From contig NC_004459.3 of NCBI RefSeq assembly GCF_000039765.1, forward strand, positions 2,571,127-2,603,126: a DNA stretch of 32,000 nucleotides. The letters are read 5' to 3'. This document shows positions 24,142 to 32,000 of the stretch, piece after piece (the stretch's first letter is position 1; every line of letters begins with the position of its first letter). The position numbers and the translations under genes were made by a program. The notes under the pieces were generated by a model that was given only the letters and a program-made list of their open reading frames with translations, was not told where the DNA came from and did no database searches. Origin of the DNA: Vibrio vulnificus CMCP6 (GTDB lineage: Bacteria > Pseudomonadota > Gammaproteobacteria > Enterobacterales > Vibrionaceae).

Positions 24142-24723
24142 GTGACTAGCATGGTGAGGAATTACAAGCAAATGGCTGTGTCATATTGCTTTATTACGCT
24201 TTGTATCTTGGCAATGAGCACTGGAGTTGGTGCTCAAGAACTAGAAGCAAAACAGGTATTAGCGGGTAAGTTGGTTATTCAGGTGCCAGCAGAGTTGCAA
24301 ACAATGCCCAAAGAGTTGATTGAAATTAAGTTTCCAAATTCCAACCGACCCACTGATGTGTTGAGTGATTCGACAGGTGGTGTGACTCTTGCGTTTAATC
24401 ATACTCAAAATGTTCTTTCGCCTAATCAAATCAGAGAAGCACATGGTGTCATCTCGAATATGTTTAAGAATAGGTATCCCTCAGCGACTTGGTTCAGAGA
24501 TGAAGTCAGTCCCCTAAACGGTCAAGAGTTTATCATCATGGAGTTGATCACTCCGGCCATAGATACTCAAATTCACAACATCATTTATGCAACATCCATA
24601 GACAATAGGCTTTTGTTTGTCGCGTTTAATACAACGGTAGAGCAGTCTGAACAATGGTTACCGGTTGGCAAACAAATCATGGCCTCAATACAAGTGGCTA
24701 AGTCGTCATTGTTAGTGGAGTAG
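24142..24723 (+). CDS. Secreted hypothetical protein
   Basis: Signal peptide-like VSYCFITLCILAMSTGVGAQE; 193 aa. Confidence 0.8.
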   Translation: MTSMVRNYKQMAVSYCFITLCILAMSTGVGAQELEAKQVLAGKLVIQVPAELQTMPKELIEIKFPNSNRPTDVLSDSTGGVTLAFNHTQNVLSPNQIREAHGVISNMFKNRYPSATWFRDEVSPLNGQEFIIMELITPAIDTQIHNIIYATSIDNRLLFVAFNTTVEQSEQWLPVGKQIMASIQVAKSSLLVE

Positions 24724-24730
24724 GGAAAGC

Positions 24731-25354
24731 ATGGATGCAGCATTTAATGAGAAAACACCTAAAAGCGCATTTATTCTAAAGGTCGTTGTGTTGATATTTT
24801 GTGTAGTGGTTATCGGTCAGACGAGCGCAATCTACCTCCCCGCAATAAATGGAAAATTACCAAACTTATCTTCGCTCTTAGGAATAGTGGCTTGCTATAT
24901 TGCACTGTTTAGTACGGGGGCTATGTTAATAAAGAGAAGTAAAGTTTGGTTCGGACTGCTTGGAATAATCGTTGGGGCTGTGGTTTTCTTTGGTGCTAGT
25001 TTTTTGGCAAGTTACGTTACCGCAAAAGATCGTGCTATCGATAGATCGGTGGTGGAAAGAAACAAAACTTTGCCAATGATGCTGGACGAATACACTCAAC
25101 TGGATAAGATCTCGGTGAATCATGAGAGCAAAGGGTACAATTTGCACTTATCGCTGATTGAACACTCAAAACTGGACATTGATGTCGAGGTTTTGAATGA
25201 ATTCTTTGACGTAGACATCAAACCCACTACCTGTTCAAATGAACAGTTAAGAATGCTTTTTGAGCTGGGCTATAGTATTAACTATCTCTATTTGGACAAA
25301 AACCAAGAACGTATTAACGACTATAATATTAGGCCAGAAGACTGTGGCATTTAA
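24731..25354 (+). CDS. Hypothetical membrane protein with N-terminal TM segments
   Basis: 207 aa, about 4 hydrophobic segments; 7 nt downstream of the preceding gene, probably co-transcribed. Confidence 0.82.
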   Translation: MDAAFNEKTPKSAFILKVVVLIFCVVVIGQTSAIYLPAINGKLPNLSSLLGIVACYIALFSTGAMLIKRSKVWFGLLGIIVGAVVFFGASFLASYVTAKDRAIDRSVVERNKTLPMMLDEYTQLDKISVNHESKGYNLHLSLIEHSKLDIDVEVLNEFFDVDIKPTTCSNEQLRMLFELGYSINYLYLDKNQERINDYNIRPEDCGI

Positions 25355-25455
25355 GAGTCTAAAATCTTGGGATTAAAAAGCGCGATAGAATAGAAAAGTC
25401 GCGCTTTATTTCGTTGGTTTATTCAATCTTGTCGACTGAAAGCGAGGGCTAGTAA

Positions 25456-26826
25456 TTATCTCGCTTCATAATTCAACTGGATTTCATCATTTTGGCGGTG
25501 AAGCCAGTGTAGACGAACCCCCAACATAGCGGCCGCAGAAGATAAGCCGACGATGAATCCTATCCAGAAGCCTTGTGCCCCCATTGGTTCAACAATCCAA
25601 TCGGTAAGACCAAGAACATAACCAGTAGGTAGACCAAGTAACCAATAGGCGATAAATGTTCGGTTGAAGATCGCTCGCATGTCTTTATAACCACGTAGCG
25701 CACCAGCGGCGATAACTTGTATCGCATCGGTACATTGATAAATAGCGGTAAAGATCAACAACTGCATCGCTAAGGTGATAACCACTCGGTTATCGGTATA
25801 GAGGAGAGCGATTTGCTCTCTCAGAATAACCGTCAGTAAAGCGGTAAACACTGCAGTTGAAAGACCAACTAAGATACCGACATGAGAAGCAATGCGAGCG
25901 CCTTCTGTCGATTTTTCACCAAGCATATGCCCAACACGGATACTGGTTGCTGCGCCAATACTCATAGGTAACATGAACACCAATGAAGAAAAGTTAATGG
26001 CAACTTGGTGTGCTGCAACGACAGTAGAACCCAATGGCGCAACCAACAAAGCGACGACCGCAAACAGAGTCACCTCGAAGAAAAGTGCGGCAGCGACCGG
26101 AAAGCCAAGTTTAAATAGCTTAACTTGCGCATTTAGCTGTGGTGGATGAAACGTAGTAAACAATTGAACCTGCCTTAGTCTATGTGACGTTGTCACATAA
26201 AACAGTAGCAACAAAAACATGATCCAATACACTATGGCTGTGGCGACGCCACAACCTACACCACCAAGGGCTGGCGCACCCAATTTACCGTAAACGAACA
26301 TCCAGTTCAGTGGAATATTCAATAGTAAGCCAATGAAACCGATCACCATGGCAGGTTTTGTTAAAGACAAACCATCAGTCAAACTGCGCAGTGTTTGAAA
26401 CAATAGAAAAGCAGGTACGGCAAACATCACAGCGTGTATATAACCAATGGTTTTGGTCGCCATTACCGCATCGACATTCATGTAACCGAGTATCCACTGA
26501 GTTTGAAACAATACGCCAATGATCGGGATACTGATCAATAGGGCCATAACCGCGCCTTGTTGAATTTCAAAAGGGACTTGCTCTCTTTTGCCTGCACCAT
26601 TGAGCTGAGCGACAACAGGGACCAGTGCCATCAATAGCCCAATACCAAACAAAATAGAAGGCAGCCAGATACTTGCTGCGACAGAAACTGCAGCCATGTC
26701 CGTTGCACTGACGCCACCCGCCATCACGGTGTCCACAAAACCCATACCGGTTTGAGCAACAGATGCAATCAAAACTGGTGTGGCGAGCTTAATCAAATTA
26801 GAAGCTTCTTTTTTATAGCGATGCAC
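25456..26826 (-). CDS. norM: MATE-family multidrug efflux transporter NorM
   Basis: GTG start; MHRYKKEASNLIKLATPVLIASVAQTGMGFVDTVMAGGVSATDMAAVSVAASIWLPSILFGIGLLMALVPVVAQLNGAGKR...; 456 aa. Confidence 0.96.
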   Translation of the reverse strand: MHRYKKEASNLIKLATPVLIASVAQTGMGFVDTVMAGGVSATDMAAVSVAASIWLPSILFGIGLLMALVPVVAQLNGAGKREQVPFEIQQGAVMALLISIPIIGVLFQTQWILGYMNVDAVMATKTIGYIHAVMFAVPAFLLFQTLRSLTDGLSLTKPAMVIGFIGLLLNIPLNWMFVYGKLGAPALGGVGCGVATAIVYWIMFLLLLFYVTTSHRLRQVQLFTTFHPPQLNAQVKLFKLGFPVAAALFFEVTLFAVVALLVAPLGSTVVAAHQVAINFSSLVFMLPMSIGAATSIRVGHMLGEKSTEGARIASHVGILVGLSTAVFTALLTVILREQIALLYTDNRVVITLAMQLLIFTAIYQCTDAIQVIAAGALRGYKDMRAIFNRTFIAYWLLGLPTGYVLGLTDWIVEPMGAQGFWIGFIVGLSSAAAMLGVRLHWLHRQNDEIQLNYEAR

Positions 26827-27061
26827 GTTAACTCCAATGTTTAAGAAAAAGATAAATATGCTAAGCGTGCGAGGCACGTTGGGACGTTTTCGATCGGCAA
26901 AGACCACAAAAGTGGTTTATGAGGCGCTAAAAAACAGTAGTTGCACAACCTAAACTAAGGGGGCAGTATGGAAATCCGACGGTGCTTGGCGCTTAAGGCA
27001 TATTCCACCGTGATAATAATGGAATCTCATATTTCAGGCTACAGAAAAGAAGGTAACTTAG

Positions 27062-27682
27062 ATGTTTACAGGCATAGTACAAGGTACGGCAGAGGTTGTT
27101 ATCATTGAGGCAAAAGAGTCATTTCAAACTCATACCATTCGCTTATGTGGTGAGATGCTTAGTGGCTTGGCCATTGGTGCTTCAGTGGCACACAATGGAT
27201 GTTGTCTGACGGTGACAAAGATAGCAGATGATCTTGTCAGCTTTGATTTAATGCAAGCAACACTCAAGTTAACCAACTTAGGAACGCTTCGTGTTGGCGA
27301 TCGAGTCAACATTGAGAGAGCGGCAAAGTTTGGGGATGAAATTGGTGGTCACTCAATGTCGGGCCACATCAGTACCACGGCAACGATCGATCAAATCATC
27401 GACACACCAAATAACCGCACCATTTGGTTCAAACTGCCTTACGATGATGCGATGAAATACATATTGGCGAAAGGCTACATAGGCGTAGATGGTTGCTCGT
27501 TAACGATTGGGGAAGTCGAAGCAGAGCGTTTTAGTGTGCATCTCATTCCAGAAACATTAAATCGAACTCTGTTTGGTCAGCGTAACGTTGGGGAAAGCGT
27601 GAATATCGAGTTTGATCCGCAAACCCAAGCGATTGTTGACACGGTTGAACGTGTACTTATGTCTAAAGGTGTCGTTGCTTAA
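27062..27682 (+). CDS. ribE: Riboflavin synthase (alpha subunit)
   Basis: [12 protein letters not shown]...[10 protein letters not shown]...[14 protein letters not shown]...[14 protein letters not shown]...; two lumazine-binding repeats. Confidence 0.94.
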   Translation: MFTGIVQGTAEVVIIEAKESFQTHTIRLCGEMLSGLAIGASVAHNGCCLTVTKIADDLVSFDLMQATLKLTNLGTLRVGDRVNIERAAKFGDEIGGHSMSGHISTTATIDQIIDTPNNRTIWFKLPYDDAMKYILAKGYIGVDGCSLTIGEVEAERFSVHLIPETLNRTLFGQRNVGESVNIEFDPQTQAIVDTVERVLMSKGVVA

Positions 27683-27709
27683 GCGACACCAATCCACCAG
27701 CCAATATAA

Positions 27710-27913
27710 CTAGAAGACTTGTTCGTCGTCGGCATCGACGATGAGATTAATGGTGTCGTGCAGTTCATCCACCATCATGTTTAAATGAATGGCATGACAA
27801 CATGCAGGGCAATCATCATAAAACTCCTGGTCGCCATTGCTGGCGTCTAGAGTAATTCCGATTTTGTGGCCGCAGTGTGGGCACGCAAATTTCTTCTCAG
27901 TGTAGTTACGCAT
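27710..27913 (-). CDS. CPXCG motif-containing cysteine-rich protein
   Basis: MRNYTEKKFACPHCGHKIGITLDASNGDQEFYDDCPACCHAIHLNMMVDELHD. Confidence 0.9.
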   Translation of the reverse strand: MRNYTEKKFACPHCGHKIGITLDASNGDQEFYDDCPACCHAIHLNMMVDELHDTINLIVDADDEQVF

Positions 27914-28146
27914 ACATCTTATTCCTTACGTCTAACCTGTCTAACTTAGGGAGCTACGCTTTGGGTTTAGTGCTTCCTATACCACGACATACCAAGCTTG
28001 GGTGTTCGTTTTCATAGTAGGCAGAGAAGTTGCTATTTGGGCCGAATTAAGTACGAAACTTGACTATTAACTCAATATTGAAACGCTTTCTTAGAGTTGA
28101 TAGTGATGTGCGTCGAAAATTGCATGGCGCACATCTGAAAACAACG

Positions 28147-29013
28147 TTAGTAGGAAAGGATTTTGTCGATCGATTTTTGTGCCTGCTCTAAATAGTGGCC
28201 GCCAAATTGGTTACAGTGATTGAGAATATGATAAAGATTGTAGATCTCTTTGCGCTGAGTATAACCGAAAGGAAGTGGTGCAATATCTTCGTAGCCACGA
28301 TAAAACTCAGCGTTAAATCCACCAAAAAGTTCCGTCATCGCAATATCACATTCGCGGTCTCCCCAGTAACAGGCTGGGTCATAACAAATAGGCCCAAAGG
28401 CAGACAAAGCCACATTACCATGCCACAAATCGCCGTGAATGAGAGAGGGGCGGGGATTGTGGTTAAGTAACTGCCGAGCAACAACTTCAACAATCTCATC
28501 AATCACTCCGAATGTGACCCCTTTTTCTTTCAGCAGTTGCAATTGCCAGCCTATTCGTTGCTCTGAGAAAAAGGTAGACCACTTCTTATGCCACGCATTG
28601 GGTTGCAAAGTCGCACCTAAGTAGTTGTCTTGATCGCAGCCATACTCTTTCTGTTCTCCCCAAAGATGAAGATAAGCCAATTGTTGACCAAATTTATAGC
28701 TGTTCTCGGTATCTTCAAGGGGCTTTGTCGGGAGGAAATTAAGGATGATAAATGCGTTGGATTTGGTATTACCAATCAAAACCAACTCAGGTAGGGTGAC
28801 GCTGTCGGTTTGGCGAAGCAAACGCAGGTTTTCGGCTTCAACTTGGAACTTGCTTAAAAAGTCTTTTGAGTTGATCTTAACGAAATAGCGCTGCTCACCA
28901 TCGCTGATCATATAGCATTCATTGATGTCGCCACCAGACAAATGCACTTTTTCAACGATATCGTAGGAAAACATTAAGGTTTCAGAAAGCTGTTGAGAAA
29001 TGGCCTGCCACAT
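28147..29013 (-). CDS. Fructosamine kinase family protein
   Basis: MWQAISQQLSETLMFSYDIVEKVHLSGGDINECYMISDGEQRYFVKIN...PSLIHGDLWHGNVALSAFGPICYDPACYWGDRECDIAMTELFGGF. Confidence 0.94.
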   Translation of the reverse strand: MWQAISQQLSETLMFSYDIVEKVHLSGGDINECYMISDGEQRYFVKINSKDFLSKFQVEAENLRLLRQTDSVTLPELVLIGNTKSNAFIILNFLPTKPLEDTENSYKFGQQLAYLHLWGEQKEYGCDQDNYLGATLQPNAWHKKWSTFFSEQRIGWQLQLLKEKGVTFGVIDEIVEVVARQLLNHNPRPSLIHGDLWHGNVALSAFGPICYDPACYWGDRECDIAMTELFGGFNAEFYRGYEDIAPLPFGYTQRKEIYNLYHILNHCNQFGGHYLEQAQKSIDKILSY

Positions 29014-29240
29014 AGTCGTCCTCTCTTTTTGATAACCGCACATCTAATAGTTTAATTCATAACTCAATTTCGGATTTGGTTAACTGACAAACTTTTCAAA
29101 CATTGTGATTATTTTGAATCGCGAATTAACACAACTGTGAATCGAGTCGCTTAGTCATCGCTAATTTAGTGGCTTCGGCACTAGAGCATTTATTATTCGA
29201 CAAGTATCATTCAGTTTTTGATGTTGGTTCCAATAGTGGT

Positions 29241-30206
29241 ATGAAAATCCTAATCTGTGACGATTCGGCAGTAGCCAGAAAATCAATCAGTCGTTCCATT
29301 GTGTGCGACAGAGCGATTCATCTAATCGAAGCTCGAGATGGCTACGAAGCTTTGCAGATCATGATGGAACAAAATATTGATCTTTTGTTTCTTGATCTGA
29401 CGATGCCAATCATGGATGGATTCGAGTTACTCGCTTCACTTCCTGTCAGCCAACATCACACTGATGTCATTGTCATTTCAGGAGATGTTCAAGCCGAAGC
29501 GAAACAACGCTGTCTTGAGTTAGGTGCGTTCGCGTTTGTATCTAAACCGTTTTCTAAAAGAGAAATTGAACCGTTCTTTAGCCAATTCGGTTTGCAATAC
29601 GCCGACCCACATTCAAAACCAGAACTTTCCGCTGATCCTAAACTCACATCATTTTCGAAATTCAAAGAGCTCACCAACATTGCACTTGGCAAAGGGGCCG
29701 CCATTATGGCAGATCACCTTAACGAGTTTATTCAACTGCCAGTACCGAATGTTGGTCCGCTGACCTATGGTGAACTCTATATGACCATGGTGGACGTGAT
29801 TAAACGAGAGGGTGCCGTCGCGGTTTCACAACGTTTTGTCGGTGGTGGTATCCATGGCGAGGCGCTGGTTTGTTTATGGGGACGCGATATTGATGTGATT
29901 GGCCAAAAGTTGGGTTATCACCAAGACTTTACCACTCACAACGAGATCATCCTTAACGTCTCCAACTTGCTCGTTTCGTCTTTTTTGACCTCACTTGGTA
30001 GCCAACTCGACAAGCAATTTTCGTTACGACAGCCGGCCATTATCGATAGTTTTTCAGCCATAGGAGACAGCGAAAAAGAGTCTCAAGAGCTTTTTACTGT
30101 CGAATACACCTATTTTGCTGAATCACTGGATTTCGAATGTGAGGTTTTATTTCTCATTGATAAACCTTCCGTTGGTATTATCTACGAAATTATGGAGTCA
30201 CTATGA
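29241..30206 (+). CDS. Response regulator: CheY-like receiver plus C-terminal CheX-like domain
   Basis: MKILICDDSAVARKSISRS...IDLLFLDLTMPIMDGFELLASL...VIVISGD...AFVSKPF (receiver motifs); C-terminal half resembles CheX-like domains. Confidence 0.88.
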   Translation: MKILICDDSAVARKSISRSIVCDRAIHLIEARDGYEALQIMMEQNIDLLFLDLTMPIMDGFELLASLPVSQHHTDVIVISGDVQAEAKQRCLELGAFAFVSKPFSKREIEPFFSQFGLQYADPHSKPELSADPKLTSFSKFKELTNIALGKGAAIMADHLNEFIQLPVPNVGPLTYGELYMTMVDVIKREGAVAVSQRFVGGGIHGEALVCLWGRDIDVIGQKLGYHQDFTTHNEIILNVSNLLVSSFLTSLGSQLDKQFSLRQPAIIDSFSAIGDSEKESQELFTVEYTYFAESLDFECEVLFLIDKPSVGIIYEIMESL

Positions 30207-31165
30207 ACTCTGATCTCACGTTAAATATCGCCGATTTTCACTGGGTGACGCAGATACTCGATACTATGGACTCTGGACTGGTGGTGATTGACCGCTCTTA
30301 CAACGTCTGTGTTTGGAACAGCTTCATGCAATCCTATAGTGGCGTTATGTCTCAGACAATCTTGGGTAAGAATCTCTTTGAGTTTTTTTCTGATTTACCT
30401 CGTACTTGGTTAGAAACTAAGGTCAATACCGCCGCAATATTGGAAACTCGCTCTTTCTCGAGTTGGGAAAACCGTCCTTATCTTTTCAAGTTTCATAACT
30501 TTTCACCTGTTTCCAATGGCAGTACCTACATGTATCAGGATATTGTCATTACACCATTGCGCTCACTGTGTGGTGACGTTAGCCATGTCGCCATTCAAAT
30601 TAATGACGTTTCTGAAATTGCACGCAGTAAAACGCATTTGAAAGAAACCAACCACCATCTATCAGAAATCAGCCGTCGCGATGGCTTAACGGGCCTGTTT
30701 AACCGCGCCTTTTGGGAGCAGTCGCTCAAAGAAGAGTTTTCTCGGATGCAGTTTTTGGACACGCCGAGCTCTTTGGTCATTTTTGATATTGACCACTTTA
30801 AAAAAGTCAACGATACCTATGGGCATCACGCAGGTGATGAGGTAATACGTAGGACCGCATCTTTACTGAAGAAAACCGCGAGAAACAGTGATCTGTGTGG
30901 TCGATTTGGTGGCGAAGAGTTTACGGTTATGCTGCCTCATACCAGCGCTGATCAGGCGCGTTATTTTTCAGAGCGGTTACGAAAACGTATTGAGCAAGAA
31001 ATTGTTTGCGTGGAAAAATTTGCGATTAATTACACCATCAGTTTGGGTGTCTGTGAATTTGATGCAAAATTCACCTCTCATACTGAGTGGCTAAAAGCGG
31101 CAGACAGTGCGTTATATCACTCAAAAGAAGGGGGCAGGAACCAAACGACCGTTCATGAAGAGTGA
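30203..31165 (+). CDS. PAS/GGDEF diguanylate cyclase
   Basis: SRRDGLTGLFNRAFWEQSLK...VIFDIDHFKKVNDTYGHHAGDEV...RNSDLCGRFGGEEFTVMLPHTSADQA; intact GGEEF active site and RNSD I-site. Confidence 0.94.
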   Translation: MNSDLTLNIADFHWVTQILDTMDSGLVVIDRSYNVCVWNSFMQSYSGVMSQTILGKNLFEFFSDLPRTWLETKVNTAAILETRSFSSWENRPYLFKFHNFSPVSNGSTYMYQDIVITPLRSLCGDVSHVAIQINDVSEIARSKTHLKETNHHLSEISRRDGLTGLFNRAFWEQSLKEEFSRMQFLDTPSSLVIFDIDHFKKVNDTYGHHAGDEVIRRTASLLKKTARNSDLCGRFGGEEFTVMLPHTSADQARYFSERLRKRIEQEIVCVEKFAINYTISLGVCEFDAKFTSHTEWLKAADSALYHSKEGGRNQTTVHEE

Positions 31166-31322
31166 TCTTTGTTCGCTTTTGGTGCAAAGTCCGCCATATA
31201 GTCAAATTCTGGCAATTATAATTGATTAAATGGATGAAATTTTCTCGACATGGCTTAGTATTAACAGAGAGAAAAAAGATGTAAGCTTACACAGTAAGTA
31301 AGCATTCAGACGGAGAAAAAGA

Positions 31323-31667
31323 GTGGTTGTTGAAACCGATGGATACTTAGCTCTTATTGAGCACCTTGCCTTAAATCTTGATGTATTCGCGTCTGACGTT
31401 GGCGATACGGGCACAGAAACCATTGAAGATGTGGTGACAGACATGATCGCCTCAAACATCATGGCGATTTTTGAACAGAACCCAGAGCTGCATTCTAGCG
31501 TTCGCTTTAAACTGTTAAAAGAAGCGGATTCAGTCGCAGAAGATCTAGGAGAAGTTCTGGCAGGGGTATGGCTCAAAAAAGCCACTAATGAACAGATCAA
31601 CTTTTTAGATGAGTATATTGCTTTAGTAAAAAATCTGTTCGATACCGCTGTAGCAAAATACGACTAA
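31323..31667 (+). CDS. DUF3802-family-like protein
   Basis: MVVETDGYLALIEHLALNLDVFASDVGDTGTETIEDVVTDMIASNIMAIFEQNPELHSSVRFKLLKEADSVAEDLGEVLAG. Confidence 0.8.
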   Translation: MVVETDGYLALIEHLALNLDVFASDVGDTGTETIEDVVTDMIASNIMAIFEQNPELHSSVRFKLLKEADSVAEDLGEVLAGVWLKKATNEQINFLDEYIALVKNLFDTAVAKYD

Positions 31668-31717
31668 GCCGTAATATTCGCTGATTTGTTTTTAGTCCGC
31701 ACTATTCATAAGAAGGG

Positions 31718-32000
31718 TTACATTGTAACCCTTCTTATTTGCCAAAACTTACTCGCCCAATATGGATTATCCGTTCTCGAAATGATGACCCCTTTTGAAG
31801 TGGACGCGTGCATGAACTGCTGGTGGTTGAGATAGATCCCCACGTGATAATCGGATTTCGTTGTTTTGAAGAATAGTAGATCGCCTTGTTGCCTCTCTTC
31901 CCAACGTATCGGTTGGGAAGCATTAAACTGTGCCAAGGTCGTTCTTGGTAGCGCTCGTTGATAGGCGTAGAGAAACGCTTGTTGTACAAAAGCAGAGCAA
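31718..32000 (-). CDS. NlpC/P60-family peptidase, partial (N-terminus beyond window)
   Basis: Frame stays open to window edge: CSAFVQQAFLYAYQRALPRTTLAQFNASQPIRWEERQQGDLLFFKTTKSDYHVGIYLNHQQFMHAS; catalytic-type Cys and His motifs. Confidence 0.88.
   Translation of the reverse strand, partial: CSAFVQQAFLYAYQRALPRTTLAQFNASQPIRWEERQQGDLLFFKTTKSDYHVGIYLNHQQFMHASTSKGVIISRTDNPYWASKFWQIRRVTM

Noticed and set aside
25892-26149. 85-aa plus-strand ORF inside norM
   Set aside because: Antisense to a strongly conserved MATE transporter gene.
26960-27060. FMN (RFN) riboswitch upstream of riboflavin synthase, suggested by GGGGGCAGTATGGAAATCCGACGGTG
   Set aside because: Only short patches resemble the RFN consensus; the remaining conserved helices are not apparent. 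An Infernal scan with Rfam RF00050 would decide.

Overview
Vibrio-type chromosome segment in two parts. (1) About 1-20,264 is the distal part of a sedentary chromosomal integron (superintegron). I count 24 complete attC sites (VCR-like, all in one orientation, ending GTTRRRY) and one truncated terminal attC. The integrase/attI would lie to the left, outside the window. Cassettes encode mostly small proteins: ASCH domain, TIR domain with a Ser-rich N-terminus, cold-shock domain plus TM plus Excalibur-like tail, a tautomerase without the usual Pro1, GNAT enzymes, two type II toxin-antitoxin pairs, a VOC protein, small membrane proteins and unknowns. The array holds three copies of one IS30-family element and one IS3-family element. 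(2) About 20,265-32,000 is non-array chromosome: degraded IS3 and IS5 remnants, a 730-aa membrane protein, norM (MATE), a riboflavin synthase, a CPXCG protein, a fructosamine-kinase-family protein, a CheY-CheX-like regulator overlapping a PAS/GGDEF diguanylate cyclase, a DUF3802-like protein and a partial NlpC/P60 protein. The strongest unusual signals are: (a) all three IS30-family copies sit in the same orientation with their right end exactly 5 nt before the TAACAA that opens an attC site, which suggests attC-boundary-directed insertion; (b) a family of at least four clearly homologous cassettes with no conventional ORF, dispersed in the array; (c) several candidate defence cassettes (TIR, AbiV/HEPN-like, toxin-antitoxin). 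All family calls come from reading the sequence and motifs; no database search was run.
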